Of a DNA stretch of 64,000 bases, positions 27,725 to 37,800 are shown one piece after another. A model generated the notes under the pieces. It searched no databases. It was not told the origin of the DNA and was given only the letters and a program-made list of their open reading frames with translations. Both the position numbers and the translations under genes were made by a program. The DNA lies in contig OZ241889.1 in NCBI GenBank assembly GCA_965203355.1, positions 256,001-320,000 of the forward strand, in the 5' to 3' direction. Numbering within the stretch: the first letter of the stretch is position 1; each line of letters opens with the position of its first letter. The DNA comes from Candidatus Latescibacterota bacterium (GTDB lineage Bacteria; Latescibacterota; UBA2968; UBA8231).

Positions 27725-30700
27725 CTACTTAAGCAGCAGCATCCTCTTGGCTTGGCGGAACGCACCACCGGCCTGCAAGTGGTAGAAGTACAGCCCCGAC
27801 GACACGCTGTGCCCGCTGTCATCGGTCGCGTCCCACTCCACGGCGTAGCGACCGGCACGCTGGTGCTCAGCCACCAGCGTCCGCACCGGCTGACCTACCA
27901 CATTATACACGGTCAACTCCACGTCCGCCGCCTGCGGCAACGCATACTGGATCGCGGTCGTCGGGTTGAACGGGTTCGGGAAGTTGTCGGCCAAGGAAAA
28001 CGCTTCCGGCCGCGCCGGCCCTACTGCCTTCGCCGCCGGATCCGCGCCCGAGTCGCTCAGCGAGATCGCGACCTCGTCGCCCTTTAGCCCGGCAATCGTA
28101 CCGATCAGCCTGATGGTCTCGTCGCCCTCAGTCAAGCCGTCCGCTCTTGGGTCGACGTAAAATTTCACCGTCCCTGTTACCGAGCCGGCCAGAATCTCAA
28201 TCCTAGGAATAAATAGCGCGGAGTAATCCAAATCGCGCGTCGCAGTCGAAGCATCGTCAATGGCCAAATGCACGGTCGCGTCCTCTGCCAACGCCTTGCC
28301 GTCCAACGTGGCGGTCACCACGACAACGGTCAAAGCAGCATTCTCGCTCAACGTGTTCGGATCCGCCGATAGCGCGATGGACGTACTCGGCCCGTCGTCA
28401 TCTCTGATCTCGATGTCTGTCAATCGGGTCTCGCCTGTTGATACGAGCGTAGCCTGCACACCCAAAGCCTTCAGGACCTCTTCGTCATCGTCGTCAATAG
28501 GCGTGAGGGTTAGTGTCGTCATCGCCTCGGTATCACCGGCTGGAATGGTCATAAACACTTCTAGCTCGGCCGTGTAGTCCACATCCCGCACCGCTGCGGG
28601 ACCGTCGCTTGGAGCCACCAGGGCAAACCGCACCATTTCGTCAGCCGCCGAGGCGGTCGCCAAGGTAAAGTTTAGCGCTACTACCGTAGCCTCAGCGTCC
28701 TCGCGGATCGCCGAAGGCTCTGCCGTTAGTCCCGCAATCGCAACCCTAGGCGTTTCCTCCTCAGCCGGGTTGACCTCAATGGCGAAGGTCAGAGTGGCCG
28801 TGTCGCCGTCCGCGTCCACCGCCGAGTAGGTGACTTCAACCGCACCGTCGGTCGCGGACACCGGCACACCAGAAAGCGTCCGCGTGGCCGCAGCAAAGGA
28901 CAAGCCCGCCGGCAGAGACGAGACCCGATACGTCAATGCACCATCGCCGCCCGAAGCGGCCGGAAGAATCAACGCAGCAATCGCCATGTCAACCACATAG
29001 CTCTGATCGTCAATGGCAGCGGTCGCCGCAAAGGACGGCACCCCGCCCTTGCCGGCGTCTTTCAGCGTTATATCCACCGTGCCGACAGTCACCTTGGCGT
29101 CGTTTCCTTCCGCATCTCGGACGGTGATTTGCTTGTTGGGATACGGCACTGTCAGCCTGATTTTCTCGTTGGTCTCTACGCTCTCGTCGTTAGTGGGGGT
29201 GATGCGGATGGTCGTCGTCCCCGACACCGAGCCAGCCGGAATCCTCAGCGGACGCAGGACTGCCCGGTAATCTATATCGCGCGTCGCCTCAACAACATCG
29301 ACGACAGCACCGTTGGCATCCCTATCCTTGGGATCGGGGTCAATGGTCAAAAACACGAACACGTCATCATCGAACACCTTCCCGTCCAAAGTTCCAGTCA
29401 CCGCAACATCAGTCTGACCGGCCCCTTCGCTTATCTCGGTCGGATTCACCGTCAGCGAGATCTTCGTACTCGGCGCGTCGTCATCGGCGATCGCTATGGT
29501 CTTAATCACCGACACGTCGCCTATCGTAACCTTTATGTATATCGGCCCTTGCGAAATCACAGCGGTGTCGTCGATGGGAGTGAGCGTGATCGTCGTCGTC
29601 CCCTCGGTAGAGCCGGCCCGAATGATGAGCGGCGCATCAAAGGTCAGCGTGTAATGCACGTCGCGTATCGGAGTGGACGCTACAACATCACCAGACGGCA
29701 AAACCGCGCCGTTCGACAAAATAACGAGCCGCACCGGCTCGTCCCCGACCAAGGTATCCGTCAAGGTGACTTTCAGATCGATCGTCGTCTGACCGGCGTC
29801 CTCGCGGACACTCTCTTGACTAAGCGTAATGGCTTCGGCTGTAGCCGTGATTTCTTTCTTTATTTTTATATCCACCGGATGGATCGTCAGCCCATTCTCT
29901 TTAATCTGTACCCCAGCTACAGCCGCATCGCTATCAAGCGATGCCACTCGGATCGTGCCAGGCAATTGGTTCCTAGGGGTAATGGTAATAGTCGCCGTCC
30001 CGGACACCGAATTTCGCGGAATCGTCAGCGTCGTCAGCCGCACAGTGTAGTCCACGTCGCGCTGCGCCTCGCGATTATCCTTCGTCGCATCGGTATAGTC
30101 AATCGCGCCGCTGCCATCCGTATCAGAGTTGGGATTCCCCGTCAATGCGGGATGATCGACAATAGTCAAGACGAAACTCGTCGCCTCTTTTATCACCTTT
30201 CCATCCAAGGTGGCCGTTACTACGATATCGGTCGCTCCATCGAACCTATTTAGCTCGGCAATGTCCGCGGACAAATGGATGTTTTTGCTGTCCTTATCGT
30301 CGTCAATAAGGGTAATCGTCGTCGACTCAACCTCCTCCCTACCAGCGTTGCCGCGAATCTCAATAGGCATATCTCCGTTGGCGACATCATCATTGATAGG
30401 GATGAGGGTAATCGTCCCCTCGGCCTTCTTTTGGCCAGCCGGAATCATGAGAACGGTCAGTCTTATGTAGAACCGACTGTTAAGCCCCTCATGGGAAACC
30501 CCCAAGAGCACATATCTATCCGCATCCACCGCTATGTCATCAGTGACTTCAACGGATACATCAATATCGGTCGAACCGGCGTCCTCGCGGACACTGTCAG
30601 TACTTATCGATAGCGCAAACTTGGCTGTCTCCGTCTGTGCCGTAGCCTCTCCGACCCATCCCAACACCAAACTGGCGACCAACAGCCAAGCTGCATGGGC

Positions 30701-30733
30701 CAGACATTGCAGCAAAAACCTCGTATGCGTCAT
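27725..30733 (-). CDS. Secreted Ig/Calx-beta-like repeat surface protein with He_PIG domain and FlgD-Ig/T9SS-like C-terminal domain (1002 aa)
   Basis: Start MTHTRF after GGGGAGG; signal peptide ...EATA|Q; five RD[VIL][DH]Y repeats; LPAGLSF; CTD NFPNPFNPTT...RMLLLK. Confidence 0.85.
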   Translation of the reverse strand: MTHTRFLLQCLAHAAWLLVASLVLGWVGEATAQTETAKFALSISTDSVREDAGSTDIDVSVEVTDDIAVDADRYVLLGVSHEGLNSRFYIRLTVLMIPAGQKKAEGTITLIPINDDVANGDMPIEIRGNAGREEVESTTITLIDDDKDSKNIHLSADIAELNRFDGATDIVVTATLDGKVIKEATSFVLTIVDHPALTGNPNSDTDGSGAIDYTDATKDNREAQRDVDYTVRLTTLTIPRNSVSGTATITITPRNQLPGTIRVASLDSDAAVAGVQIKENGLTIHPVDIKIKKEITATAEAITLSQESVREDAGQTTIDLKVTLTDTLVGDEPVRLVILSNGAVLPSGDVVASTPIRDVHYTLTFDAPLIIRAGSTEGTTTITLTPIDDTAVISQGPIYIKVTIGDVSVIKTIAIADDDAPSTKISLTVNPTEISEGAGQTDVAVTGTLDGKVFDDDVFVFLTIDPDPKDRDANGAVVDVVEATRDIDYRAVLRPLRIPAGSVSGTTTIRITPTNDESVETNEKIRLTVPYPNKQITVRDAEGNDAKVTVGTVDITLKDAGKGGVPSFAATAAIDDQSYVVDMAIAALILPAASGGDGALTYRVSSLPAGLSFAAATRTLSGVPVSATDGAVEVTYSAVDADGDTATLTFAIEVNPAEEETPRVAIAGLTAEPSAIREDAEATVVALNFTLATASAADEMVRFALVAPSDGPAAVRDVDYTAELEVFMTIPAGDTEAMTTLTLTPIDDDDEEVLKALGVQATLVSTGETRLTDIEIRDDDGPSTSIALSADPNTLSENAALTVVVVTATLDGKALAEDATVHLAIDDASTATRDLDYSALFIPRIEILAGSVTGTVKFYVDPRADGLTEGDETIRLIGTIAGLKGDEVAISLSDSGADPAAKAVGPARPEAFSLADNFPNPFNPTTAIQYALPQAADVELTVYNVVGQPVRTLVAEHQRAGRYAVEWDATDDSGHSVSSGLYFYHLQAGGAFRQAKRMLLLK

Positions 30734-30766
30734 TTCAACCTCCCCAGGAAACGCATTCCTAATTAA

Positions 30767-30802
30767 AAATGGGGCCTCAAATCGAGTTTTGAGACCCCAT
30801 TT
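30767..30802 (-). terminator. Intergenic stem-loop homologous to those at 27673 and 34760
   Basis: AAATGGGGCCTCAAA-tcgagt-TTTGAGACCCCATTT. The one mismatch becomes a G-U pair in the minus-strand transcript, which continues into a T-run. Confidence 0.65.
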
Positions 30803-30827
30803 CGCTGAACCTGCCATACCGCGAGTG

Positions 30828-33800
30828 CTACTTGAGCAGCAGCATCTTCTCGACTTTTTGGAACTGTCCACCGGCCTGCAAGCGATATAAATACAGCCCC
30901 GACGACACGCTGTGCCCGCTATCGTCGGTCGCGTCCCACTCCACGGCGTAGCGACCCGCGCTCTGGTGCTCAGCCACCAGCGTCCGCACCGGCTGACCTA
31001 CCACATTATGCACGGTCAATTCCACAGCCGCCGCCTGCGGCAACGCATACTGAATCGTGGTCGTTGGGTTGAACGGGTTCGGATAGTTGGCCGCCAAGGA
31101 GAATGCGGTCGGCAGCGTCTGCAATAATAGCAACGCACGTGCGCCGTTGGCGTCCGTAACCATGTACGTGTATTCCGCGTGTTCGGCCTCCACGCTCGGC
31201 GTACCCGCAATGGTCCGCGTCGCGGCATCAAAAACCAAACCCGGCGGCAGGGGCGGCGAAAGACGGTACGTCAGCGGTGTAGTGCCGCCCGAAGCCTCCG
31301 GGAGCGCGAGGCCCTCCACGTGCTCGCCAACGATGAATTCGCGGATTTCAGCCAAGCCGGACGAGGCTGTTGGAACGACCTTGCCAGACCCACTGCGGAA
31401 CAATTCGAAAAATGATTCAAAACTCAGTTCGGTGTTGACCGTGATGGTAAAAAACAACGCAGCGGTTTCCCCTTTGCCGTTGGTCGCGACGTAGATGATG
31501 TTGACCGCGCCGTCGGTCGCTGCCGTCGGTGTGCCCGAAATCGTCCGCGTGGCCGCGTCAAACGCCAAACCCGCCGGCAAGGCCGAGACACTGTACTTCA
31601 GGTCGCCCTTGTCGTCTAAAGCGGCCGGTAGGACGAGAGGACTAATCGCCTGTCCAGCGGTGTATTCTTGGTCATTAATCGAAACGCCAGCGCCGAAGAC
31701 AAAGGGCGACTTTTTCTTTTCGTCGCTCAGCGCGATCTCGGCCTCGGCTCCCGCCAGCCCGTCAATCACACCGACCAGCTTTATGATCTCGCGGCTCTCC
31801 AATAAAACGTCGTCAATGGGGCGAACCACAAATAGGCTTGACCCCGTTAGCGAGCCGGCCGGAATTACAAGCAGCGGATTGAACTCCGCGGCGTAGTCCA
31901 AATCGCGCTTGGCTGTTGACGCCTCGTCAATAGACAGGGTCACTATTGCGTCCTTGGACAACGCCTTTCCGTCTAACGTAGCGGTCACCGTAACAGAGGT
32001 CGCATCGTCTTCCTCGCTTATCGTTTGCGGATCCACCGACAACTCAATGGACGTACTAGGGGCGTCGTCGTCGGAGATCTCAATGTTCTTCAATAGCTTC
32101 GCACCGGATGCAAACCCAGCCTGCACACCTAACACTCTCGAGCCATCTACCTGGGTGTTGTTAAGGGGAGTGATCGTGAGCCTCGCGGTCCCAACGGTAG
32201 CCCCGGCCGGAATGGTGATGACCGCCTCCAGTTCCGCCGCGTAGTCTATATCGCGCACGGCCAGCTTGCCTTCGCTTGGACCTACAATCGCGATTCTCAC
32301 GTGCTCGGTCGTAGCCTTAGCAGCGGCCAAGGTCAAGGTCAGCAAAACCTGCGTCGCCCCGGCGTCTTCGCGGACGGACGAAGGAGCCGCCGTCAGTTCA
32401 GCGTCCACCGTCTGGGACGGCAGATCGACCCCGGTAACTTTGATGGAGAAGAGCAACGTGGCCGAGTCATTGTCTCTGTCAATTACCGCGTAGACCATGT
32501 TGACCGCGCCCTCGGTCGCTACCGAAGGCGTACCCGAAATCGTGCGTGTTGAATCGTCAAACGCCAAGCCGGCTGGCAGAGTCGAAATGCTGTACGTCAG
32601 GTCGCCATCGCCGCCCGTCGCTTTCGGCAGTACGAGCGAGTCAATCGCCGTTCCAACCACGTACTCTTGGTCGGCAATCGTATCGTTAGCGGCAAAAACA
32701 GGGGAACCCGGATCCCGCGGCTTGGGCGGCGTACTTCCCGCTTTAGTATCTTTCAGCATTATCGTCGCGGAATTGACCGTCAGCACCCGGATGTTCCCGT
32801 CGTCGTCTTTGGCTTTGGGCGGGTTATTCGTCGTACTCACCAAGTGGATCTTCTCGTCGTCTTCCTCGTCGCTGTCGGCAAAAGGGGTGATGGTGAGCGT
32901 CGTCGTCCCGGTTGTCGAGCCGCCCGGAATCACCAAAGCGGACAAGGAGGCTTTGTAATCTACATCGCGCGTCGCCGCCTTATCGTCATCGTTCACCTCA
33001 CCATCGCCATTAATGTCTTCATCAATGGTCAAGGCCACGACCAGGTTACCGGCGAACTCCTTACCATTCAAGGTCCCGGTCACCGTAACCTCGCTTGTAC
33101 CCGCCCCCTCGGCAATCTCGGTAGTGCTCACTTCTAACGTGACCACATCGCTCGGCGTGTCGTCGTCGGTAATCAGGATTCCGGCGACAAAGGGAGGGTT
33201 GTCTCGCACCTTGGCATTCACCTTGAAAGCCCGCGTAATGTTCTTTTTTGTGTTGTTTATGGGCGTGACCGTGATCGTCGTCGTCCCTTTTGTCTTGCCC
33301 TTCGGGATGCGGATTGTCTGCACTTGTACCCTGTAATCCACATCGCGCGTTGCATCCACCGCGCCCGCAAACGGACAATCGGACGTCGATGCCTCATCCT
33401 CACACAGGCCATCGCTGTCGTCCGTAACCGTGATCTGCACCGTCTCGTCAGTCGACAAGGCGTTCTGTAGGGAAAGATTCAGCGTGACCTCCTTTGGCCC
33501 GGCGTCCTCGCGTATCGAGAAAGGAGCCGCTGTCAGCCCTTCAATCACTGTGGTAGGAACGGTCGTTATCTCGATTGAGTTAGGAATAACTGGTATGGTA
33601 TTTCCCTCTCCATCAGTCGGGTCGCTATTAGCTTTCAACCAAATCTTGCCGGTTCCTGCGTTCTTGGGGACGATGGTAATCGTCGCCCTCCCCGACACCC
33701 TGCGGTCTGGAATAGTTATCGTGGCCAGTGCCGCAGTATAGTCTGCGTCGCGATCCGCGCTATCTTCACCATCCTTATCAACAACTAAAGAAAAACGCAG

Positions 33801-34721
33801 GTCTCTTGTTAGCGTCCTTCCGTTTAGGGTAGCCGTCACGACGATATTGGTCGCCCGATCGTTCTTGCTTACATCGGCATCCGAAAACGAGAGGGTGATC
33901 TGGGTGCTTTTCTTATCGTTGTCCGTTAGCGTAATATCAGCACTCTTGACACTCTTACCACTACCGACGATACCCGTGATCGTAATCGTAAGATCCGTTG
34001 TGATGGTGTTGTCTTCAATGGGGGTGAAGGTGATCGTCCCGCTCGCCTCTTTCTGGTTTTTCGGAATCCTGAGCGTGGGCAGTTCTATTCTATAGCGGCT
34101 ATTGAGCAAAGCCGAATCTTGGAGCTGCAAATTCACCTGCGTTTCGGACGTTCGCGCCTCCTTAGCTTGGACCCTCACCGTGATCTTGGTCTTCCCAGCG
34201 TCCTCGCGCACACTATTAGGATTCACCGACAGCGTGTAATCATACGCATACGGTACCGTCATCTCCACGGAGAAGGAGCTTTTATTGTCAAACGTCATAA
34301 CCTCACCACCTTGAAGCGTGTGCCCCGTGCCCAACGGCAGCACGAAAGTCTCGCTAGCGTCGAGGGAGCCGCTGGTGAAGTTGAACCTCCAGAAGTCGTT
34401 GGCTTTGTTTGTGTTAAAATTCGCGGTAGAGGCACCATTATCCCACTTAAGCGGGCCAGGATTCGTCCCGAGACTCTCACTTCTATAATCCGGTTTGAAC
34501 TTGAACTTCAAACGATTTTTTGCACTTCCTGAGAGGCCTGCGGGGATACCTTCAAGCGTAAAAGTCAGGGTATCCTTATTACTGCTCAGTTCAATGCTCT
34601 TCACTGTCACCGCCGCTTCCGCCGCGCCACTCGTCATCAGGAGGCCGACTGCCAACAAGATAACACGCAGGCTACCTCTATCAGGCAGCATCGACATGGG
34701 TGAAAGAAGGTTCGCGTTCAT
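30828..34721 (-). CDS. Secreted Ig/Calx-beta-like repeat surface protein with three He_PIG domains and CTD (1297 aa)
   Basis: Signal peptide ...AAEA; unique N-terminal domain; five RDxDY repeats; LPAGLAFD/LPPGLVFD; CTD NYPNPFNP...KMLLLK. Confidence 0.85.
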   Translation of the reverse strand: MNANLLSPMSMLPDRGSLRVILLAVGLLMTSGAAEAAVTVKSIELSSNKDTLTFTLEGIPAGLSGSAKNRLKFKFKPDYRSESLGTNPGPLKWDNGASTANFNTNKANDFWRFNFTSGSLDASETFVLPLGTGHTLQGGEVMTFDNKSSFSVEMTVPYAYDYTLSVNPNSVREDAGKTKITVRVQAKEARTSETQVNLQLQDSALLNSRYRIELPTLRIPKNQKEASGTITFTPIEDNTITTDLTITITGIVGSGKSVKSADITLTDNDKKSTQITLSFSDADVSKNDRATNIVVTATLNGRTLTRDLRFSLVVDKDGEDSADRDADYTAALATITIPDRRVSGRATITIVPKNAGTGKIWLKANSDPTDGEGNTIPVIPNSIEITTVPTTVIEGLTAAPFSIREDAGPKEVTLNLSLQNALSTDETVQITVTDDSDGLCEDEASTSDCPFAGAVDATRDVDYRVQVQTIRIPKGKTKGTTTITVTPINNTKKNITRAFKVNAKVRDNPPFVAGILITDDDTPSDVVTLEVSTTEIAEGAGTSEVTVTGTLNGKEFAGNLVVALTIDEDINGDGEVNDDDKAATRDVDYKASLSALVIPGGSTTGTTTLTITPFADSDEEDDEKIHLVSTTNNPPKAKDDDGNIRVLTVNSATIMLKDTKAGSTPPKPRDPGSPVFAANDTIADQEYVVGTAIDSLVLPKATGGDGDLTYSISTLPAGLAFDDSTRTISGTPSVATEGAVNMVYAVIDRDNDSATLLFSIKVTGVDLPSQTVDAELTAAPSSVREDAGATQVLLTLTLAAAKATTEHVRIAIVGPSEGKLAVRDIDYAAELEAVITIPAGATVGTARLTITPLNNTQVDGSRVLGVQAGFASGAKLLKNIEISDDDAPSTSIELSVDPQTISEEDDATSVTVTATLDGKALSKDAIVTLSIDEASTAKRDLDYAAEFNPLLVIPAGSLTGSSLFVVRPIDDVLLESREIIKLVGVIDGLAGAEAEIALSDEKKKSPFVFGAGVSINDQEYTAGQAISPLVLPAALDDKGDLKYSVSALPAGLAFDAATRTISGTPTAATDGAVNIIYVATNGKGETAALFFTITVNTELSFESFFELFRSGSGKVVPTASSGLAEIREFIVGEHVEGLALPEASGGTTPLTYRLSPPLPPGLVFDAATRTIAGTPSVEAEHAEYTYMVTDANGARALLLLQTLPTAFSLAANYPNPFNPTTTIQYALPQAAAVELTVHNVVGQPVRTLVAEHQSAGRYAVEWDATDDSGHSVSSGLYLYRLQAGGQFQKVEKMLLLK

Positions 34722-34759
34722 AATAAGTCCTCCTTCGGGACAGTACCGCTTAAATTAGA

Positions 34760-34789
34760 AATGGGACCCCAATGTTCTGGGGTCCCATT
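34760..34789 (-). terminator. Intergenic stem-loop homologous to those at 27673 and 30767
   Basis: AATGGGACCCCA-atgttc-TGGGGTCCCATT perfect 12-bp stem. Confidence 0.65.
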
Positions 34790-34820
34790 CCCTAGCTCGC
34801 TGTACGCTGTATCGCGGATG

Positions 34821-37800
34821 CTACTTGAGCAGCAACATCTTCTTGATGTCGAGGAAATCGCCGCCCGCCTGCAAGCGGTAGAAGTACATCCCCGACGACA
34901 CGCTCTGGCCGCTGTCGTTGGTCGCGTCCCACTCCACCGCGTAGCGACCGGCACTCTGATGCTCGGCGACCAGCGTCCGAATCGGCTGACCCAACACGTT
35001 ATACACGGTCAGCCCCACGTCCGCCGCCTGCGGCAACGCATACTGAATCGTCGTCTGCGGGTTGAACGGGTTGGGATAGTTGGCTGCCAGCGAGAACACG
35101 GCCGGGCGCGTCTGCACCGAAATCGGCGCGGGCAATGCCAGCCGGTTGAAGCCCAACGCCCGGTCATACGTCTGGCTGTCGGTGATTTCGAGCGTCGTGT
35201 GCTCGATCTCGGTCGTCGGCCGGAAGACTAAGCGCAATATCAACTCGCCGTCCGAAACGACATCGCCGTGAGCCGCTACCGTCAACACGCCCGCTTGGTC
35301 GGCCAGCACCTGCGGCGTAGCGAATGCGCTGCCACCCAGCGGCTGATCGGTCCGCGCTTCAACGAAGGTTAGCTGGTCAGCGTCGTAGGCCACCTGCAAG
35401 CCGTAGCCCTTGACCGCCACGAAGTCGGCCAGTCGCACATTAACGACGAACTCTTCTCCCACGCTCGGCAGGGCGGCTGGCGCGTCCAGATACAGTCGCG
35501 CGTCCCCGTTCAACCCGGTCCGCAGTGGCACCGGCTTGCCCGCCGCAGCCACGCTGCGACCGAAATGGTCGGCCAACACGAAGAAATCGTCGAAGTCAAT
35601 CGTCCCATTCGGGGCCAAGTCAAACGCTGGATCAAAACCAGCGTCGCCCGCCGTCAAACCGAAGCGGTCCGCCAATACGAAGAAATCGTCGAACCCAATG
35701 CGCGCGTCCGCACCGAACAGCCCCAACAGAGCCTGCCCTTGGCTATCGGTCACCCGATTGCGCACGGCCAATGCGGTATGCTCGACCGAACCGGTCTCGT
35801 TGTCTAAGTCGAAAGCCCGCACCTGATAGGTGTAATGTACGCCATGCTGCGCGGTCTCATCGACAAAGGACGCGACCCCGGCCTCCACCTCGGCGACCAC
35901 GGAGAACGTTTCGTCTCCCACGGCGCGGCGATAGATGCGGTAGCCATGTACGCCCACGACCGGCTCGACCGGCGCCGGGCCTAGTGCGCCGGCCACGACC
36001 CCTTGCAGCACCTGATCCGACGGCGACAGCGTCCACGTCAGCGCGATGCGACCGCCTTGATCGTCCGGCGCATCCAACACCTGCAACGCCGACACGGCCA
36101 ACGGCGCGATGTCGTCAGTCGCCCGCACGGCCTCAGCCGTCCAAGTAATCGACGAACTCAGTACGCTACTGACGACATTCAACTTCGGCGCCACGCCGCG
36201 AGCGTAGGCTAACGCTTCCGGCAGCAACGACGCCAGCACTGGTCCTTCCTGCGCGGCAGCGCGGCTGGCTTGCAGCGTCGCCGCCATCTGCGCGTAAGGC
36301 GCGGTCAAATCACCCGCCTCGACGAACACGGCTTTGGCCATCTCGTGCGTGGTGCGCCCATCTTTTTCGGCGGCAATGCCCCAGCGCGTCGAGACGTTGT
36401 CCAGCGTCGCCACGATGGCGCGGCCCATCGCCACGCCGGGCACGGCATCCACTCGCGCCCACGGCACCATCTCATTTTCCAGCACCGGCAACGCGCGGAA
36501 GATGCGATAGCCGTCCAGCGACTTATGATCCGCCGATAGCTCCCAAGACAGCATTACGAAACCGCCTTGGTCGCCTTGGCCGTCCGCGCCTTTGTAGTCT
36601 TCGGCGACCAGGTTGGTCGGTGCCGACAGCGGCGGCTCCACCACCGCCATGCTCAACGGCAGCGATTGACTCGCGCCGCTAGCATCCATGACCGTGTAGG
36701 TCGCGACTGTCTCGCCCATCGTCGTCGGCGTCCCGGAAATCGTCCGGGTGGCCGGGTCAAACGACAGCCCGGTCGGCAAACCCGACACGCTGTACGTCAG
36801 CGGCGGAGTGCCCCCGGAGACGGCCGGCAACGTCAGGTTTGCCGGCACACCCACGGTGAATTGAATCATACTGTTGTCGTGCGAATCGGCCGGATTGGCT
36901 TTGCCGGCTCCGCCGCCGCCGAACAACGAACCCAGGTCGCCCCAGTCCAGCATCGCGTTGATGGTAATCGTGAACGTCAGCGAGACGCTTTCGGCGCCAG
37001 CCATCGCCGTGTAAGTGACTTCCGTGCTGCCCTCGGCTTCCGGCGTCCCGGAAATCGTCCGGGTGGCCGCGTCAAACGACAGCCCCGCCGGCAGACCCGA
37101 CACGCTATACGTGATGGCCCCCTCGCCGCCCAACGCCACCGGCAGGACCAACGGCGTAATCGCCGTGCCCGCCGTATAGGCATGTGCGTCGATCGAAGTG
37201 CCCTCGACGAAAGACAAGGGGATCATCATCTTCTCATCGCCGTCATTATCGTCCGTCATGCCGCTGTCCGTGTCCGTCAGCACCAGCGTCGCCGAACCCG
37301 CCGTCAAGCCGGGCAGCATCGCGTTGAGCATGATCGTCTCGTCGCCCTCGGCCATGCCGTCGGCCGTCGGATCGATCAACAGGCGGGTCGAACCCATAAT
37401 CGAACCGGCGGCAATGGTAATGGTCGGATTGAACAGGGCCGAGTAGTCCAAATCGCGCGCGGCACTCGAAGCCGCGTCAATCGAAACGGAGACCGTCGCG
37501 TTCTCGGCCAACGGCTTGCCGTCCAGCGCGGCCATGATCATCACTTCCGTCAATTCCGCCGACTCGCTGAGCGCACTCGGCCGCACCGACAGCACCAAAG
37601 ACGTGCTTGGCGTCTCGTCGTCGGAAATGCGGATGTCCACCTGCCCCCAACCGCCCGAAGCCGCCGCCCGAACCCCCAAGTGTTTATGGCCGTCCGCCGA
37701 AGCGTTGTCAATCGGCGACAGGAAAAGCGTCGTCCAACCTGCCTTTTCCCCGGCCGCAATCGTGATCGTCCCCGCTAATGTCGCGGTGTAATCCACGTCG

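Noticed and set aside
30734-30871. 46-aa N-terminal extension of ORF 27725-30871
   Set aside because: It overlaps the upstream gene and hairpin. The ATG at 30733 has a strong RBS and begins a signal peptide.
27673-34789. Intergenic hairpins as integron attC sites
   Set aside because: They are too short, lack RYYYAAC/GTTRRRY cores and extrahelical bases, and no integrase is in the window.
36567-37778. Long opposite-strand or alternative-frame ORFs (also 29129-30253, 48773-49831, 25071-26003, 16283-17065)
   Set aside because: These are shadow ORFs of well-supported genes in GC-rich DNA, with Arg-rich or motif-less translations.
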